In this document: positions 47,786 to 61,500 of the stretch, piece after piece
Layout: each line of letters begins with the position of its first letter
How positions within the stretch are numbered: the stretch's first letter is position 1
Assembly: GCA_051530055.1 (NCBI GenBank)
Contig: CM121343.1
Location: 6,480,389 to 6,544,388 of the forward strand
Direction of reading: 5' to 3'
DNA length: 64,000 nt
DNA from: Neoechinorhynchus agilis
Taxonomy: Eukaryota; Animalia; Acanthocephala
Translations under genes and position numbers: made by a program
The notes under the pieces: model-generated
The model's database searches: none
Told to the model about the DNA's origin: nothing
What the model saw: only the letters and a program-made list of their open reading frames with translations

Positions 47786-49492
47786 TCACTCGATGAATAT
47801 ATTGGTGGCCAATATATCGCCACTGGAAATTGTTTGACAAGGAGAGCTCGCTATTTTTTCATTGATTAGTTCTCGTTTAGATATCCCATCGTCTAGAGCC
47901 TTAGAATGTATTTGACTTCGAATCGCATCCGGGTTTAAACACCCGTTGCAAGCACTCAATTGTTGTTGAAGTGTATCCAGAGAAGGCGATCTGATTTCGG
48001 ATAGACTATCGCCTCCGTTTCTATGCAACAAAGATACTGACGCAGTCTGAACGACCGAGCGTAGATCAATTAGGGATGAAGATTTCGAGTTTGTGTTTAT
48101 CTGTGATGCATTCAATGAACCTGCTTGACTGTTTCCAGAATCATCCTCGCTACTTCCATCCAAACCGTCCAAACGATATTGATAAAGTTCCTCCGTTGCG
48201 GCATTCATGCTGCTTTTTGAGCTTACTGTCATAGAGCTATTTGACATTGATTGTGCAGGCGACTCAGCGTTTGAAAAATCGTCCGTGAATTGTTGAGGCT
48301 TCATCTTTATCCACGTTTTAAGACTTCGCCATTTCGTACTACCGTCCTTTGGCCCAAGTATTGCATTAAACCATAATCGATCACCGGGGTGCAAAATACA
48401 AGTTAAATCGCCAAATGATTCAAACTGACAGCTTTGTATGTCGAAAAATACTTGTTCATTGTTCTCCATATTTAGGATCCCATATTTAGGAAATATTCGC
48501 AAAATGATGCCCGTACTGGTGAAGACGGAATTTTCAGTCAATGATTTGTCCTTATGAATGAGTGCTCTGACAGCGTCCGATTTTACTGAAACGCATCCGT
48601 CTGGGTGAAGCTGAAAGATTGCCCCGTGCCTTTTGAAGAAAAGAACGAGATCATCTTTAGTAAGGCCAACAGTTTTCGATATTTGTTCAGGAGCTCGAGT
48701 CAGCAACGAGCTAACGTTTCGTACGAGTATCCGACCGCATTTATAAAGTAGCCTCATCACATAATGGACTGCCTTTACTTCGGTGGGTGTTAAATGTGGA
48801 TGCACTTGTTGCCCCACTGGACCGAAATTCTTTGGAGCGAGCTTAAAAGATCGAGAAGCAGCTACATTGTCCGCCGATTTGCGCTTAGGTGGAGGAGATG
48901 GCGGCGGAAACCGAACACCCGGTAGATCTGCCTTACCTTTTAGCCCACAGAATTCATCCCTTACAACGAAGATCATTGGATATCTCATAAGAAAGTGCAC
49001 GAATTCATTTTGTGGACCAACAAACTTGCGGATATCAGGTGATGCTTGCGAAGCGTGTCCAGCGACACTCACTATAGGCAGCCATTCCTCTTCCTTCCTA
49101 ACCATTTGTTTCTTAAAGAAAGCAATAGCTTCCTGTTCGATCTCTTTCATAGTTTTTACATCCCACATGGGTTGCTCGTTTTCGTTTTTCATACTTGATC
49201 GCGGTTTGGTGTGAGCAAGGGATGCTCGAATAGGATTACCACTTGTCGCAGTCACCGTGTTGCCGTTGATCGTGAACAAGGACGGGTATTTCACTAAGAA
49301 ATTCCTCAGTCCTTGTTCGTTGCCGCCTACCGCCCGGAGCATCTGAGGAGTGAATGCCTGATCACCAAATGTATTGTAAAGACCTTCAATGTTCATCTCT
49401 TGATCATTGCGAATCAGCACGTCCAAAATAAATAGTATAGCTTGATGAGCAACAGTTGGCTCATCAATCGAGATGTCATGTGCCTTTTCCAT
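47786..49492 (-). CDS. lin-66: LIN-66/Egalitarian-like protein: three Egl-type winged-helix repeats plus a cold-shock/OB-like domain, intronless
   Basis: LYNTFGDQAFTPQMLRAVGGNEQGLRNFLVKYPSLF and SVAGHASQASPDIRKFVG..FLMRYPMIF resemble the Egalitarian N-terminal repeats. TGIILRIFPKYGILN..VFFD..LHPGDRLWFNA is CSD-like. No exonuclease domain. Confidence 0.65.
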   Translation of the reverse strand: MEKAHDISIDEPTVAHQAILFILDVLIRNDQEMNIEGLYNTFGDQAFTPQMLRAVGGNEQGLRNFLVKYPSLFTINGNTVTATSGNPIRASLAHTKPRSSMKNENEQPMWDVKTMKEIEQEAIAFFKKQMVRKEEEWLPIVSVAGHASQASPDIRKFVGPQNEFVHFLMRYPMIFVVRDEFCGLKGKADLPGVRFPPPSPPPKRKSADNVAASRSFKLAPKNFGPVGQQVHPHLTPTEVKAVHYVMRLLYKCGRILVRNVSSLLTRAPEQISKTVGLTKDDLVLFFKRHGAIFQLHPDGCVSVKSDAVRALIHKDKSLTENSVFTSTGIILRIFPKYGILNMENNEQVFFDIQSCQFESFGDLTCILHPGDRLWFNAILGPKDGSTKWRSLKTWIKMKPQQFTDDFSNAESPAQSMSNSSMTVSSKSSMNAATEELYQYRLDGLDGSSEDDSGNSQAGSLNASQINTNSKSSSLIDLRSVVQTASVSLLHRNGGDSLSEIRSPSLDTLQQQLSACNGCLNPDAIRSQIHSKALDDGISKRELINEKIASSPCQTISSGDILATNIFIE

Positions 49493-52400
49493 ATTACAAT
49501 GCTTTGGTGAAAAGTGAAGCTCTCCTCTCTAAAATCAATAAAAGACCTATTAAACTTAGAATTTTTCTTAAGAACCGGCAACCGTTTCTATATCATTTCT
49601 TGTTGCTCAGCGATTTACCGGTTAACATTCTACAATGCTAAAATAAAAACGAACGACAATTCGTGCTCCTTCGCCCCACTCTTCATTTCCGGCCCACGCA
49701 CACACATTCTACCACCATACTCAGTGCTAGCGTCTCCGCAGACGCATTCGCAGTACCGAAAATATTCTTCCAACAATGAATACACTTTGAGACGAACAGC
49801 GACTGAAGATGATGGCTATATTCGATGTCTGATACAATCGAAGATAGACCATTGAAGGGAAATAAGCATTAAAACTTAAGTGGAACTCTTTGGAATGAGA
49901 CTTTGTCGTTTAACGCGAAGATTGGCATTTTCCGGAGCTCAGATTTAATACAGACGGTGTGGAGAATATGCCAAGCAGATTCATCCTTATCACTTATATT
50001 GAAAAAGGGCATCACAAAAATAATCTGTATTTTTTTCGTAAGAAGAAAAAGATATTTTCTCAATACTTTAACAACTTGAAGAAGTCGGATGAAATATTGG
50101 GAATTAATAAAAGTCAATAACCTATTCTTCTCTCATCACCAAAGAACACAGATAAATATCTTAAAAATAAAAAAATAACCACGTACCTTTTCGTGAGAGT
50201 TTATCAGGCGCAAAATTTCATTTGGTATCAAAAAGCAACTCCGTTAGGTCTAATTCGTCAGTTGCAACCATTTTAAATGAAGCATTCGAGGTGTGTCGCG
50301 TCTTCATCATAACTTACGACTAGTTTGGCAAAGGAACGACAATGCTTGTATAATTTTATATCACCAGTCATAGACGATTGTGGCGGTATGCCAGCTTAAG
50401 GTGACCCATGCGATAAAGAAAAGGTGATACATTGATTACAAACTCGCCTGAGAGATAGGTAAGAATAGATAATTCAATCTTTTATTCTGGCATATTTGAT
50501 TTTCCATTTTTAGCGGGGTTGCAACTAGCATTCAATGACGGGAATCGAAACCGGTAGCGAAATTTGATCCGAGCACAGTCTAAACGCACTAAAAGTAATT
50601 TTAGAAAGACAATTCGGCCAGGTAGAAGACAGAGGGTCAAAGATACATGACAGTATGTGACGGCGCACTTAAAGGAAGGCTTTGTAAAGTGAACAAATCC
50701 TAAGGAAAATTTCACCATATTCGTAAAAAAATTCTTTAAAAACGAATGATGGACTAAGGAGTAACTTATCTTTATGAGCGAAAAAGTTCATGGATTTAAA
50801 ATCATTAGCCACATTATATGAAAAATTCATAGGCTTTGAAGCCATGGTTTGAATTTTTAAAGTAATAAATTTAAAAGCAGCGGATTAATCCCAGTTAATG
50901 GCTCTTAAATGTTATATTGTCCTATTTCAAAATGTGAATGCTTCAGAATTACCTCAATCGTGATTTCAAATGTATAGTCAAGTTTCGGAGGCAATTTGTT
51001 GTGAAAATAAAAAAACCCATCACTTATTGGCTGAGACCAAGAGCTATTTATCCGCATTTTTTAAAAACGAGAGTGTTTGTATTTGGAAAAATAAACTTTT
51101 ACGAATTGCAGTTATCACAAACAATAGCTTTCGATCCCCTCGTGTCCATTAAATAAGAATTTCATATCAATCTAATTTGAAAGAACTCCAAGCGAATGTA
51201 ATTAATTGACGGTAGAATTTTCGTAAAAAAACGAATACTCTTATTTAATTGGTCAACTGAGAATGTAGTGAGCAAAACAAGCAAATTTAAAGGACATTTG
51301 TCTCAAGTTTCAAATCATTAAAATAAAGAATTAATTGGACTGCATTTGTTCGCTTTGGGACTAATGGTTCATAGTACGGAATTCCACGTCTTTATAAACT
51401 CGATCTTTTGTGTTCCGAGTATTTCATAGCACAGATTGCCCTCCATTCAGTTAATCGGTGCATGTATAAATCCTCTTAAAATACACCTTGACATATTTTT
51501 TAAATTATTGGACTAAAAAAATATAAAGATTATAGTTTAGGTTTTCACTATTAAAACAAACTGATGAATCACCGAAAAAATTATAATAATAAATGGTGTA
51601 ATCATACGGTCACCTATCGACATTTTAAAACTTTTTAGATTGATTTTGCGAGATTTAGCAGATAATAATGAGGCCCGGACCTAATAGTGACCGTCGTTCG
51701 TCCAGCAAAGGAATCATATCGCTTCAGTGTAGAAGAGGAATGCATGATAGCAGCAACATGCTGCTGCTGCTGCTGCCAAGTCACCATCATCAAAGCAGAA
51801 GGGTGTTCCCTTTCAGAACGACGTATATGCGCTGCCTCTCACACGCCCGATATATGCAATGTATACTTTTAGCAAAGGGAATGGGCCATGTGAGTCGAAT
51901 AGTGCTTTAAAAATCATATCTTCTACTCGTTTCTATCCTTGCAAATCATTCATTTAGAACAATTCAGTAGCTCTAAGAATTTATGCGCGTCGAACAAATT
52001 ATTTTCATCCAATCGTGTCTCCTTCTCTACATGTTTTGACGCAAAAATGCATTCCTTCACGAATAAGGATTCGCAAAATCTTGTCCTGAGACACGAGACA
52101 TTGAAACATCAACGCATTCCGACAATCATAAAGCACAGAATCCATCGAAAATTAATTTGATTTAGCAATACTGTTAAAAACTACCACTCGTGTAATATGC
52201 ATTGTTACGTCGTGAGCACTCAATGTTCTTATGCTATTCCATTTCATGATCACAAAGACGGTTTAGAGACCAGGACTATTGAATAGGTTAATAGATTAAG
52301 TGCAATATTTTTTAAAAAAAGATAAAGATTCATCTAACCAACGTGGAGAAATGAGTTATTATACCTCCACAGTTAATAAAACGAGGGGTTTATACGAGAA

Positions 52401-52838
52401 TGGATCTAGATGGAATGGCTTGGTGTTCACTGACTCGGTTCGTGTTTGGATCTTTAAGGTATTTTTAACATAAGGATTTAAAATTAATGATTTACCATTA
52501 AATTGCAGTCCAATTGTGGGCAAACTGTCTTTTTTGTGGTGTGATTTCATAAACTTATTTCAGATATCATATTATTTTTCATTTCTTTGTATGAATATTA
52601 GGAGCATTAAAATAGTGTAGGGCATTTCCTAAGATTTTGTTTTATTTTACTCATGACGGAGCTGTCCTCCTTTTGTTCATTGAAAAGTATAATCCGTTTG
52701 CAAATCATTACCAGTCATCTACTTTTCAAATACGAGTTTTATGTTATAGTTGCAAAATCAGATTTCATTATTTTTACTAGCTCGTTATGTATATATCCTT
52801 TCTTTATCCAATCAGAACTAAATAAATTGTTAATCAAT

Positions 52839-53426
52839 TTATGTTTCCTGTTTCTCATTATGGGATTGCATGTTTATAATATCTTCAGCCATCTCGTCGA
52901 TTATAGATTCCAACTAAACCAATAAATAAAATTCAATTTTTGTTTTGATAACTACCTTTATATTCTCTTCTGTAAGTCGACATATTTCATCGTATCGTTT
53001 CTCTGCAATCACTTCCCAATATGTGGCGCAAGCATTATCTAGTTTAATAAACGAAATACATTTAAAAATTATCAAGAGCGTACCTGAAGTGAGTTGACTC
53101 ACAATCTCTTTTTCGTCTGAACATTCAATATGTGTTTTTCTTTGGTTATAAGGGATCGATACGTCTGTTTGAGCTTCAGTATGTTTAGTTTCAATAGGTT
53201 GTAGCTGTTGATAAAATTCAAGAGATAGATCGAGCGCCTTGAAGTATTCTTTTATTGAGCGATTTTTATTTTGATTCGGTGATCGAATTTTCAGTCTTGA
53301 GAAAAATTTCTTTTCGCATACACAGTTGATGCGTTCAGGAGCTCCTTTTCGTGTCACTCGTTTTTGCACTTTATTCTTACGAGACGGCATTGCCTCAATA
53401 CCTTTTAGTTGCATTACAGGTTTCAT
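52839..53426 (-). CDS. GMNN: Geminin-like coiled-coil protein; 3 exons
   Basis: YWEVIAEKRYDEICRLTEENIK|LESIIDEMAEDI resembles geminin [23 protein letters not shown]; GT-AG introns. Confidence 0.55.
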
Positions 53427-53721
53427 GCGTTTAAGAGACCACAGCGCAATAACCTGTCACTTTTGACGTCTTTAGTGAACGTGGGAATGTCTTAGACATT
53501 TTCTATTAAGCGAAAATTCTAAGCAAAACCAACACAAAAATGAGAACACAGCTTTTTAACCCAGCAGCAGCAGCAGTTAGAAAGTAAATTTTTACAGAAA
53601 AAAGTAAACAATTTCTTCCACTTAAACTATTTTTCTTTGCTTATGTACAATGAGATATTTAATCGAGCTCTAGTTTTTCTTTAGTAATACTCGTTGATCT
53701 TTGTAAAATCGTCGATCAACA

Positions 53722-54843
53722 TCATAGTTTGAATAACAAAACCCTCGATGTTATACTTCGTTGCAGATTAAGAAATTCGCTTGACATCGATTCAATTATT
53801 CGCAGTGGAGCGAATTGCTTGAATGTCTAAATAAGCATTGATATCTGGAAAATCACTTCTATGATCTACTCCTTACGTTGAAACAGCATTTGCAGTCGTG
53901 CCTACTTATGCAAATAGTGTCTTTGTTAATCCACAAGCAGCTGCTGTGCCCTTCATGTGATATCGTTAAAGTCTGATACCGACTTCTTTGCTCAACCTTG
54001 GACTCTATCTCCTTTCCGAAGTAATAATAGCAGCGAAGTTCGGAGTGCTAACGTTTAAAAATACCTTTCTTATCATAATTCCATTGAAAGTCTTACAGAC
54101 TGAGAGAACATTCTCAGATGCCATGGTTACGTAGAATTTTAAATGCCTACCTTTGGGAACCTTACAAAGATGAAAACTGATCATCGGATCTCATTCATGC
54201 TTACTTGGACAGTTCTAATCCTATATTCAGGAAAATGCTTTGCAAGAAATGTCACCCCAGCCAGATTTGTATACTGAGATAATCCCACGATATACTCATA
54301 ACCTTTTAGATGGGATTTATATGATTTTAGGAGGGTTTCAGAACCTGTGAATAAGACATCATCAGCGGATAAATTGGCACTTGGATCATCACATGGTATC
54401 ACATGCAGTCCTTCTCTTCTCAGGACAATCTTCATTCTGTCAACCTGTTGAGTGATAATTATAGAACAAGTGGCATTGACTGAATTAAACTCTGACTTCG
54501 CGTTGCCTTCCTTCATTATGCAGCCTTGCCATTATAGCGACGCCATGGTTCACCACAGCCGTGTCGCCTATGAAACACGCCCATGGCAACGATTCCTGAT
54601 CAGCTAGCTCAGTAACATCTATTCCTAACAGTCTAAAGGCTGCTTGATGATTCGAACCACTTGGGACGAGTGTCGATAAAATTAGCGCTCGCAGAGAATA
54701 ACGAACCTGAGTTGCGTTATGAAACTCAATTGCTGAGATCGAGCAAAATCAAGATCGAGATATTTTCCAGATTTGCGCTCGTTCAATGTTTCGTAACAAA
54801 GGGATTCACTCATTCTTGAGACCACAGCATGCGTATAGTTCAT
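53722..54843 (-). CDS. DDAH: Dimethylarginine dimethylaminohydrolase-like protein (6 exons)
   Basis: MNYTHAVVSR, CFIGDTAVV, GRQRE|VDR, LSADDVLFT|G, GLSQYTN..G, RHLK and RYQTLT, joined by GT-AG introns. Confidence 0.82.
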
Positions 54844-55863
54844 CGAAGTGCTAAGCATCTAATGTAAACAAGCAAAGAGGAATCAATAATCCACGAGTTG
54901 CTTTAGAAGCGGCAGCAGCAGCAGCAGAAAAGGGCGTATGAACGTGTCATAGATAGAGTACTGAGATGCTAGAGCCTTTTGGATAAGACATGCCTACTCG
55001 ATGAGTTCATAATTAAATCCACTCTTGGTTATTGAATGCACATTGGATGGCTAAAGTGAAACAATTCTGTATAAATATACAATCAATTCATCACGATTCT
55101 CGTAAAGGCTGAGATTGAAGTAGTAGAATGCGTTCGATACAGCACCACTCTGCAGTAGGTGCACAAATCACCGCTATAAATGATGCATTTCCACCACCAA
55201 AAACGAGAATTAAAGTGGTTGCTCGTAGCAATTCGGTCCTATTCACAGTGCATATAACTTGTACTTGACGCTGTAGATAGGCTATATATCGAATAATATG
55301 CAGGATGATATAGAAAAGATGCTAAATGGAAGTCAGAAATCGGATGAAATAACGGGTCACGTAGTCATATTAAAAAAAAACTAAGGAGTATGCCACATCA
55401 GTTGACGTTCCACACACTAAAGTAATTTGATAAATGCTACTTGGATGACAATGAGAATTACATGGCCACTTTTGGATTTCATTTCAAGCCAATATATGCG
55501 CCACAAATCTCATTGACTCCTCCTTTTCACAACCACTACAATGCTTAAATTTTGGCTTACACACTGAGTTCCTGAAGTGTATCCTCCTGATAATGCACTT
55601 CCTCGCATGAAAGGGGTTTAGATTACTCGAGGGAGTAAGGAACACCTAATTCTAGTGCGTGAAAATCGAATCCAATATGCCAATTTTGAACAAAAAACTG
55701 CATGTCAAACACTCGTTGAACAAAAAAAAGTTAATGCAAACTATCTATAGAATTTATTTTCTAATATGCCATCTTCCTGGTGACATATACTTTGTCCTTC
55801 TCGTCATTTTTTCCATTCGCCCTGTCTAAATCCATCAACTTCGACTAAATGTCGAGACGAAAT

Positions 55864-58515
55864 TTAAGAACATGTTCCACATTGAACAATGTTAACCTTT
55901 CCGTCAAGTGGTACGAATGGCAACTGACGAGGCTGAAACACTATTCCCTTGGTGATTAGTCTGGCAGCTTCACTTGGAAGCAGAAACCATCTCAGATTTT
56001 CGCAAACGTGAATTGGTGGATCATCTTCGAAGTTTGTAGCCTGTTCATAAAGAAAATAATTGACGTTGAAGCTAAAGCGAATTAGTAACAAAAAAAATAA
56101 ATTTGAACCGATGCTCCAGTTGCTTCTTGTCTGAGCCGTCTTTGCGTTAACAGAAGGCATAAAAATGTCGCAGGAAATCAGTTCTGTCTCTTCATTTGTT
56201 GACAAATCACAATGGCTTTTATTTCGCATACAAAATATGAAAATTCAACTTACGGCTGCTATGTCTTGTGTCAGTTTTAAATGTCTCATTGCATTGGAGA
56301 TTAAGGACTAAATTCGAGATGATAGTTTTATATCACGATTTGACAGCTAACCGAAACGGGCATTGATACATTCATTAGAGCATCGTAACACATACGCCCA
56401 TCAGCATAAGAAATCCGATGAAGACTGTTGTATTCCTTCTTGAAAGTTCGGTGCTCCCATTTTGCGGTTCCTACATTGTATTTATACTGATAAATACAAC
56501 AAAGGATTATTTGGTGAAAGTATTCGGTTTTAATACCTGAGGCAGAAAACGCCATCCATTTTCAACGACGAAATGCACAGCGTTCAAGATCTCTTTAATT
56601 TCCCCATCGGCAAAAAAGAATGGAAGATTTAACCGAGTGAACCCTGGCCTGTAAGAGCATTGTAGAATAGTTGAAAATTAGATATGTTCATAATGAACCT
56701 CATAATTATAAGTCCGCTATCGTCTCGTTCAAATTCGTCACTAGACACAAGAAACCAGTGTATGATGAATCAAATGAAGAGAAAAAAGGCTAACCCAATT
56801 TTGTTGCATTTCTTAATTCGTTCACTAAAATCATTAGGAAACATAGACCAGACTTCTTTTAAATAGACCATTTATTTACCCTGCATGAGCTGTCATCAAT
56901 GAAGCAAACTTTAACGCCAGTTCCTCGTTTATATTGAGTAAATCCTATGATAAATCAATGATTTCTAGATAATTGTGTAAACAAATGTATACCTGACCGT
57001 AAGGTCCGGCACAGACGCATCCGGGTCTACTCTGAATACCGAACAGATCATTTAAAAGCCTTGAAACGAAGGTGTGATGCAACAGAAGCCCGGATGGTTG
57101 ATGAACAATAAGAAAAGAGAAAATCGGCAATCGCTTCATTGCCGTACCTCCAAGTGTGATTATCCTGTTGTCATTTTTGAATCTGCGGAAATACATGGCC
57201 GAAAGCACTTGATCTCTACATTCTATAGCTGAGTCAGTGATGGCCTAGAAATAGAGTAAAATATTCAAAAATAATTATTGGAATGCATATACCCTTTTAA
57301 GCTGGAACACAAGACCAGCTCTTATTGAGCCTATGATATCGGGCGTCCCACCTTCTTCACGTCTTTCAATATCTCCGACATACAAATGCGCCGATTTGGT
57401 TACCTTGTATGGAGGAGGATAATTTCCGTTAATGGAATGAATACAAATCAATCGAATATGTACCATTATTACCGTACCGCCTCCAGGAACCGTAGGAACG
57501 GAATTCTTAAATAGAAAATCCTTCGCTATAAGAATACCGGGCGTACCAGGACCCCCAATAAATTTATGTCCCGAGATGAATATAGCATCAGAGTATCCGT
57601 GATTGCTCGGATTCATGTCGATTTTTACGTACGGGGCCGATGCTGCATAATCCCAGAATATAAAACCGTTGTAGGAGTGAACCAGGCTGGATATTGGTTT
57701 CGTATCGATTATTATCCCTGAAACATTACTGGCCGCCGTGAACGCACACAGAATCGTTCGGCCTTCTGAAGACAACTTTTTGAGTGTTTTGCGTAAAATG
57801 TGAACGTCCAAATCGCCGCAATCGTCAAACGGGATTCTGATGACCTGTGTGTTCAGAATTCGTACATTGTGGAGAACAAAGCAAACTAACCTCAGCGCCT
57901 GATTCCTTCCAAGGGAGATAGTTTGAGTGGTGCTCCATTGCACTGAGCACAATCGCCTGTTTTACAACGCATAGAAATTCAAGTTATCAGGAAGGTTTCA
58001 CATTACAAGATTTCGATTTTGAGTACATTTGATATTCAGAGCCTCAATTAATTTCGCTATTGCACCGGTACATCCAGATCCAGTGAATAATACCACGTCG
58101 TTTTTTCTGGCATTCACACAAGTTCGAATTATATCCCTAGCTTCTTCTCGGAACTTTTCGGTTTGTTCCACACAACAAGTGGCTACACTGTGAGTATTTG
58201 CGTAGATCGGAAGCAAATGCTGTCGAATGAATGCTTCAATGAACTTTACATTCCGCCCAGATGCCGTGAAATCGAGATATATCACTATTTATGGCCAAAT
58301 TTAATTCTTATTTTAAAGAAATTGAACCTACCTTTAAAGAACCCATACGGGGTGCTAACAACGGTGTCCTTTCCAATCATATTTTCGTTAATATAGGCAC
58401 AAATAGCAGCAAAGGCATTATCACCTAGCAAACTTTCTGAGTATGAGCCAATCTTTTCGGCATTAACCTCCTTTCCTGCATATATTGCAATTCCCACTCG
58501 ATTCAAACCCAGCAT
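55864..58515 (-). CDS. Aminotransferase class V / cysteine desulfurase-like PLP enzyme (multi-exon)
   Basis: YLDFTASGR..YANTH, FTGSGCTGAI, FTAASNVSG, WDYAASAPY, SGHKFIGGPGTPG, REEGGTP, LLNDLFGIQSRPGCVCAGPYG and KPGFTRLN. Both ends are approximate. Confidence 0.85.
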
Positions 58516-61500
58516 TTCCGTAACACATCTTTAGTTTATCATGTGAATGTTTCTCCGTCCGGACGAATCCTTCTACTCCCTGTTCTTGTTTAGTTCCAAT
58601 GAATAAATTCGACAATAAGGACTCACCCTAAGTTCATCAATCATCATGAAAGGTTTGCCGCATGAATGGCAAATGCTACTACGATGATCCTTCGGAAAGT
58701 GTTCAGCTAATTCATGGTTAAATCCCGGAAATGGCATCATATTGTTTTGAAAATCATTCTAAATACACGCACTCGATTATTTTAATCGTTTTAAACTCCT
58801 TTACCATCCACATTATGTCCACTGATTGGTTCTCGTGTGTTTAGTGTTCTTATATCTATAAAGTAGCCTTTCTATAAATGATAAAGCGGAAATTCTTCTA
58901 AAAATATTTATTGTGGCTGGTGTGCAGCGATTCGTTTTGTTCTCGTAAACTTGACTTCTAATGCATCTTCAAGTCTGATGTGAACATTGTGCGCATCACG
59001 GATGTGTAATTGAGTTCTCTGACAACGGGGGACCCGGGCACACATAGGAGGTTCATTTCGTGCACATACAGTGAACTTGAACATGTTCATTGAATAACAA
59101 ATGTTATATCGATAGGCAATGAGATTCAAGTGTAGACTTTATAAGCCAATTGATTGGGACAAACGTCATTAATGAGCGTGAATTAACACTCGAGTAAAGA
59201 AAATCTTATCCACCTTTTTTAGCTTGAATATGGTACTGCTTTCAAAAAAAACACAGTGAGGAATTCAGAGGTTTTTAACGGGTTTGTAAAAAGTACCAGG
59301 TTCGAATCTTGGATTTCCAAAATTACTTTTGCAAAAACATTGAAAATACAAAGAAATTCATTAAATCCTGAATTTCCAAGCTGTTTGATTCTACAATGTG
59401 GTAAAACGTTAATAACAGCGACCATTAACGTTATTTTCTTCACATCTACGCAAAAATAGTATTGGACGTGAAGGAATATCTTGAAATGGATTCTCGTTCG
59501 AAAGCATAAAAAGAGGAATATGAGGAGATGAGTATTTAATAAATTAAAATCATACATTTGGTAAGCACATAACCATGGAATTTCGCATGATTTAATTCAT
59601 TTTCGCATCACTTTAAAAAATTAAAGTTCCTACGACGTAGGATGTCCTTTTCCATTCATGCAAAATCATTTGTTTTCACGACGATCACTCTTAAAATATC
59701 GATTTAGCATAAATTTTCGTTTCGTCGGCGCATTTATTTTCCAGCTTAAAATTAGAATTTAATTTACATTACATCGTTTATTAGAAATTTGTACACTTTA
59801 GTATTTTGCAGTCTATGTTTTAGATATCCATAAGCTGATCGAAAATCGTAGAAAAATTGCAGAAAAAACCTGGGAACCAATATCAGATCTAACTTTATAC
59901 TGTTTCCTCAGAAATCAGAAAATATCAAACTTCTTTATGGTTAAAGTGTATTTACTTCCGATCGCAATTACTTTTTTAATTTCGGTTTCAACTACTCTAC
60001 TCAACAATGTCATCCGATAAAAAGTATGAATACTGGTCAAAAGTCATGAACATTCAGTTTTTTTGTGTAAAACTCCATGAGCACTTGCACAATCACAGTA
60101 ATTCCTATGGATTGTTTATGCCATGATTTGTGTAATGTGATTATTGCAGCAAATTTATTCCGAGCGATAACTCTATCAAGATTTTATTCCCTTGGTATGC
60201 CACTTTGTACGATATAGCGTCGATCAAAAATAGTTTATCATTACCGAAGGCCAAGTTATCCAACGCTGCAGCAGGTAAGATCATCGATGTACAATCTCTA
60301 AATCGAAGTGAACGTCAAATAGTTGTGGAAAACAAATGAAATTCTGGCAATTTATTGAAAAAAGATAAACTTGAGAAATCGTAATGGTAAAAGCATTTTC
60401 GCCAAGAAACCAAGTAATTTTAAAGTGATTTACTAATGTTTATTTCGTAAAGAAGATATACATATATGAAGAGATTTTCTAACAGAATGATAAAAAGATT
60501 ATTCTTGTTTGACGATTGATATAACGCCGAATTTAATAACTGAACTACGGAATGACCATTAACCAATAATCCTTCATTGATCTTCTGATAAAGGTTTTGT
60601 TTTTTAAAAGTCAGTAGTTCGCATTACTTTTCATCGTAAACATACTTTTAAACTGAAGATTAATTCACGGTTTAAAAAAGGAGGATTTTTGCTTCCAAAT
60701 TCTCATTATTTTATAGGACGCAAAAATCGATTAAAAATCACGTCATTCAGCAATAGCCGATTGCATGAAGATAAAACGTTCAGATCTTATATGAGCAGTA
60801 TTCTACAAGATTTCATCGCCATATATAATGTTTGGATCAAACAATACATCCGTACATCGAAAAATATATCTTTTTTAATTTATGATAAATCAGCACTGCT
60901 ACAACAGTTGATGTTTTTTGGGCGGAATCGAGAGAGAAAAATTGGTTTAAGAAACTCCTTTCATTTGTTGTGGAGTAAAATTGAATAACCTTTCCGAGAG
61001 CGGATTTATTACGCTATCCAACTAGCGATCGCGACTTAAAAATAACAACTGATAAGGAATTCTGTTCATATTTTTTGCCATATTCTCGTCCTTTTCAAAA
61101 GATCCTAATGAATACGATTTGATAGAGAAGTTTTGTACCGTTTTCGTCAATTATAAAACACAAGCGGAGAATGCTGTCTCCGTACTATGATTGCTTCTTG
61201 TTTGTTTTAGTTTTTCCGCATTAAGATCGTTGCTGCTTGAAATTGGTAGCGCAAAGCAATGTTTGACTTTAAAATCAAAGAACTCTTGTAGAATATTTCT
61301 TATAAGTTCGCTGTATATTTTTTACATCTTTCGCTTTGTGATAAGGAATTTCATTCATTAAAAAATAAATGATGACTTCCACCAAAAATATAGCTATCGA
61401 CTGCGAGGTTTTGTCCACCGTAAAGAATTTTGGACGAGATATGAGTTTAATGTACAAAGATTATGAACTTTTCCCCAAGAAAGATATCCAGTGACTTTAA

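Noticed and set aside
50225-50272. gcaa-CTGACGA..ttgc hairpin on the minus strand
   Set aside because: No GAAA or stem III, and it overlaps a likely plus-strand exon.
61140-61330. IRNILQEFF..KHCFALP (minus strand) resembling guanylate-binding protein or atlastin
   Set aside because: Single weak motif; no GTPase P-loop exon was found nearby.
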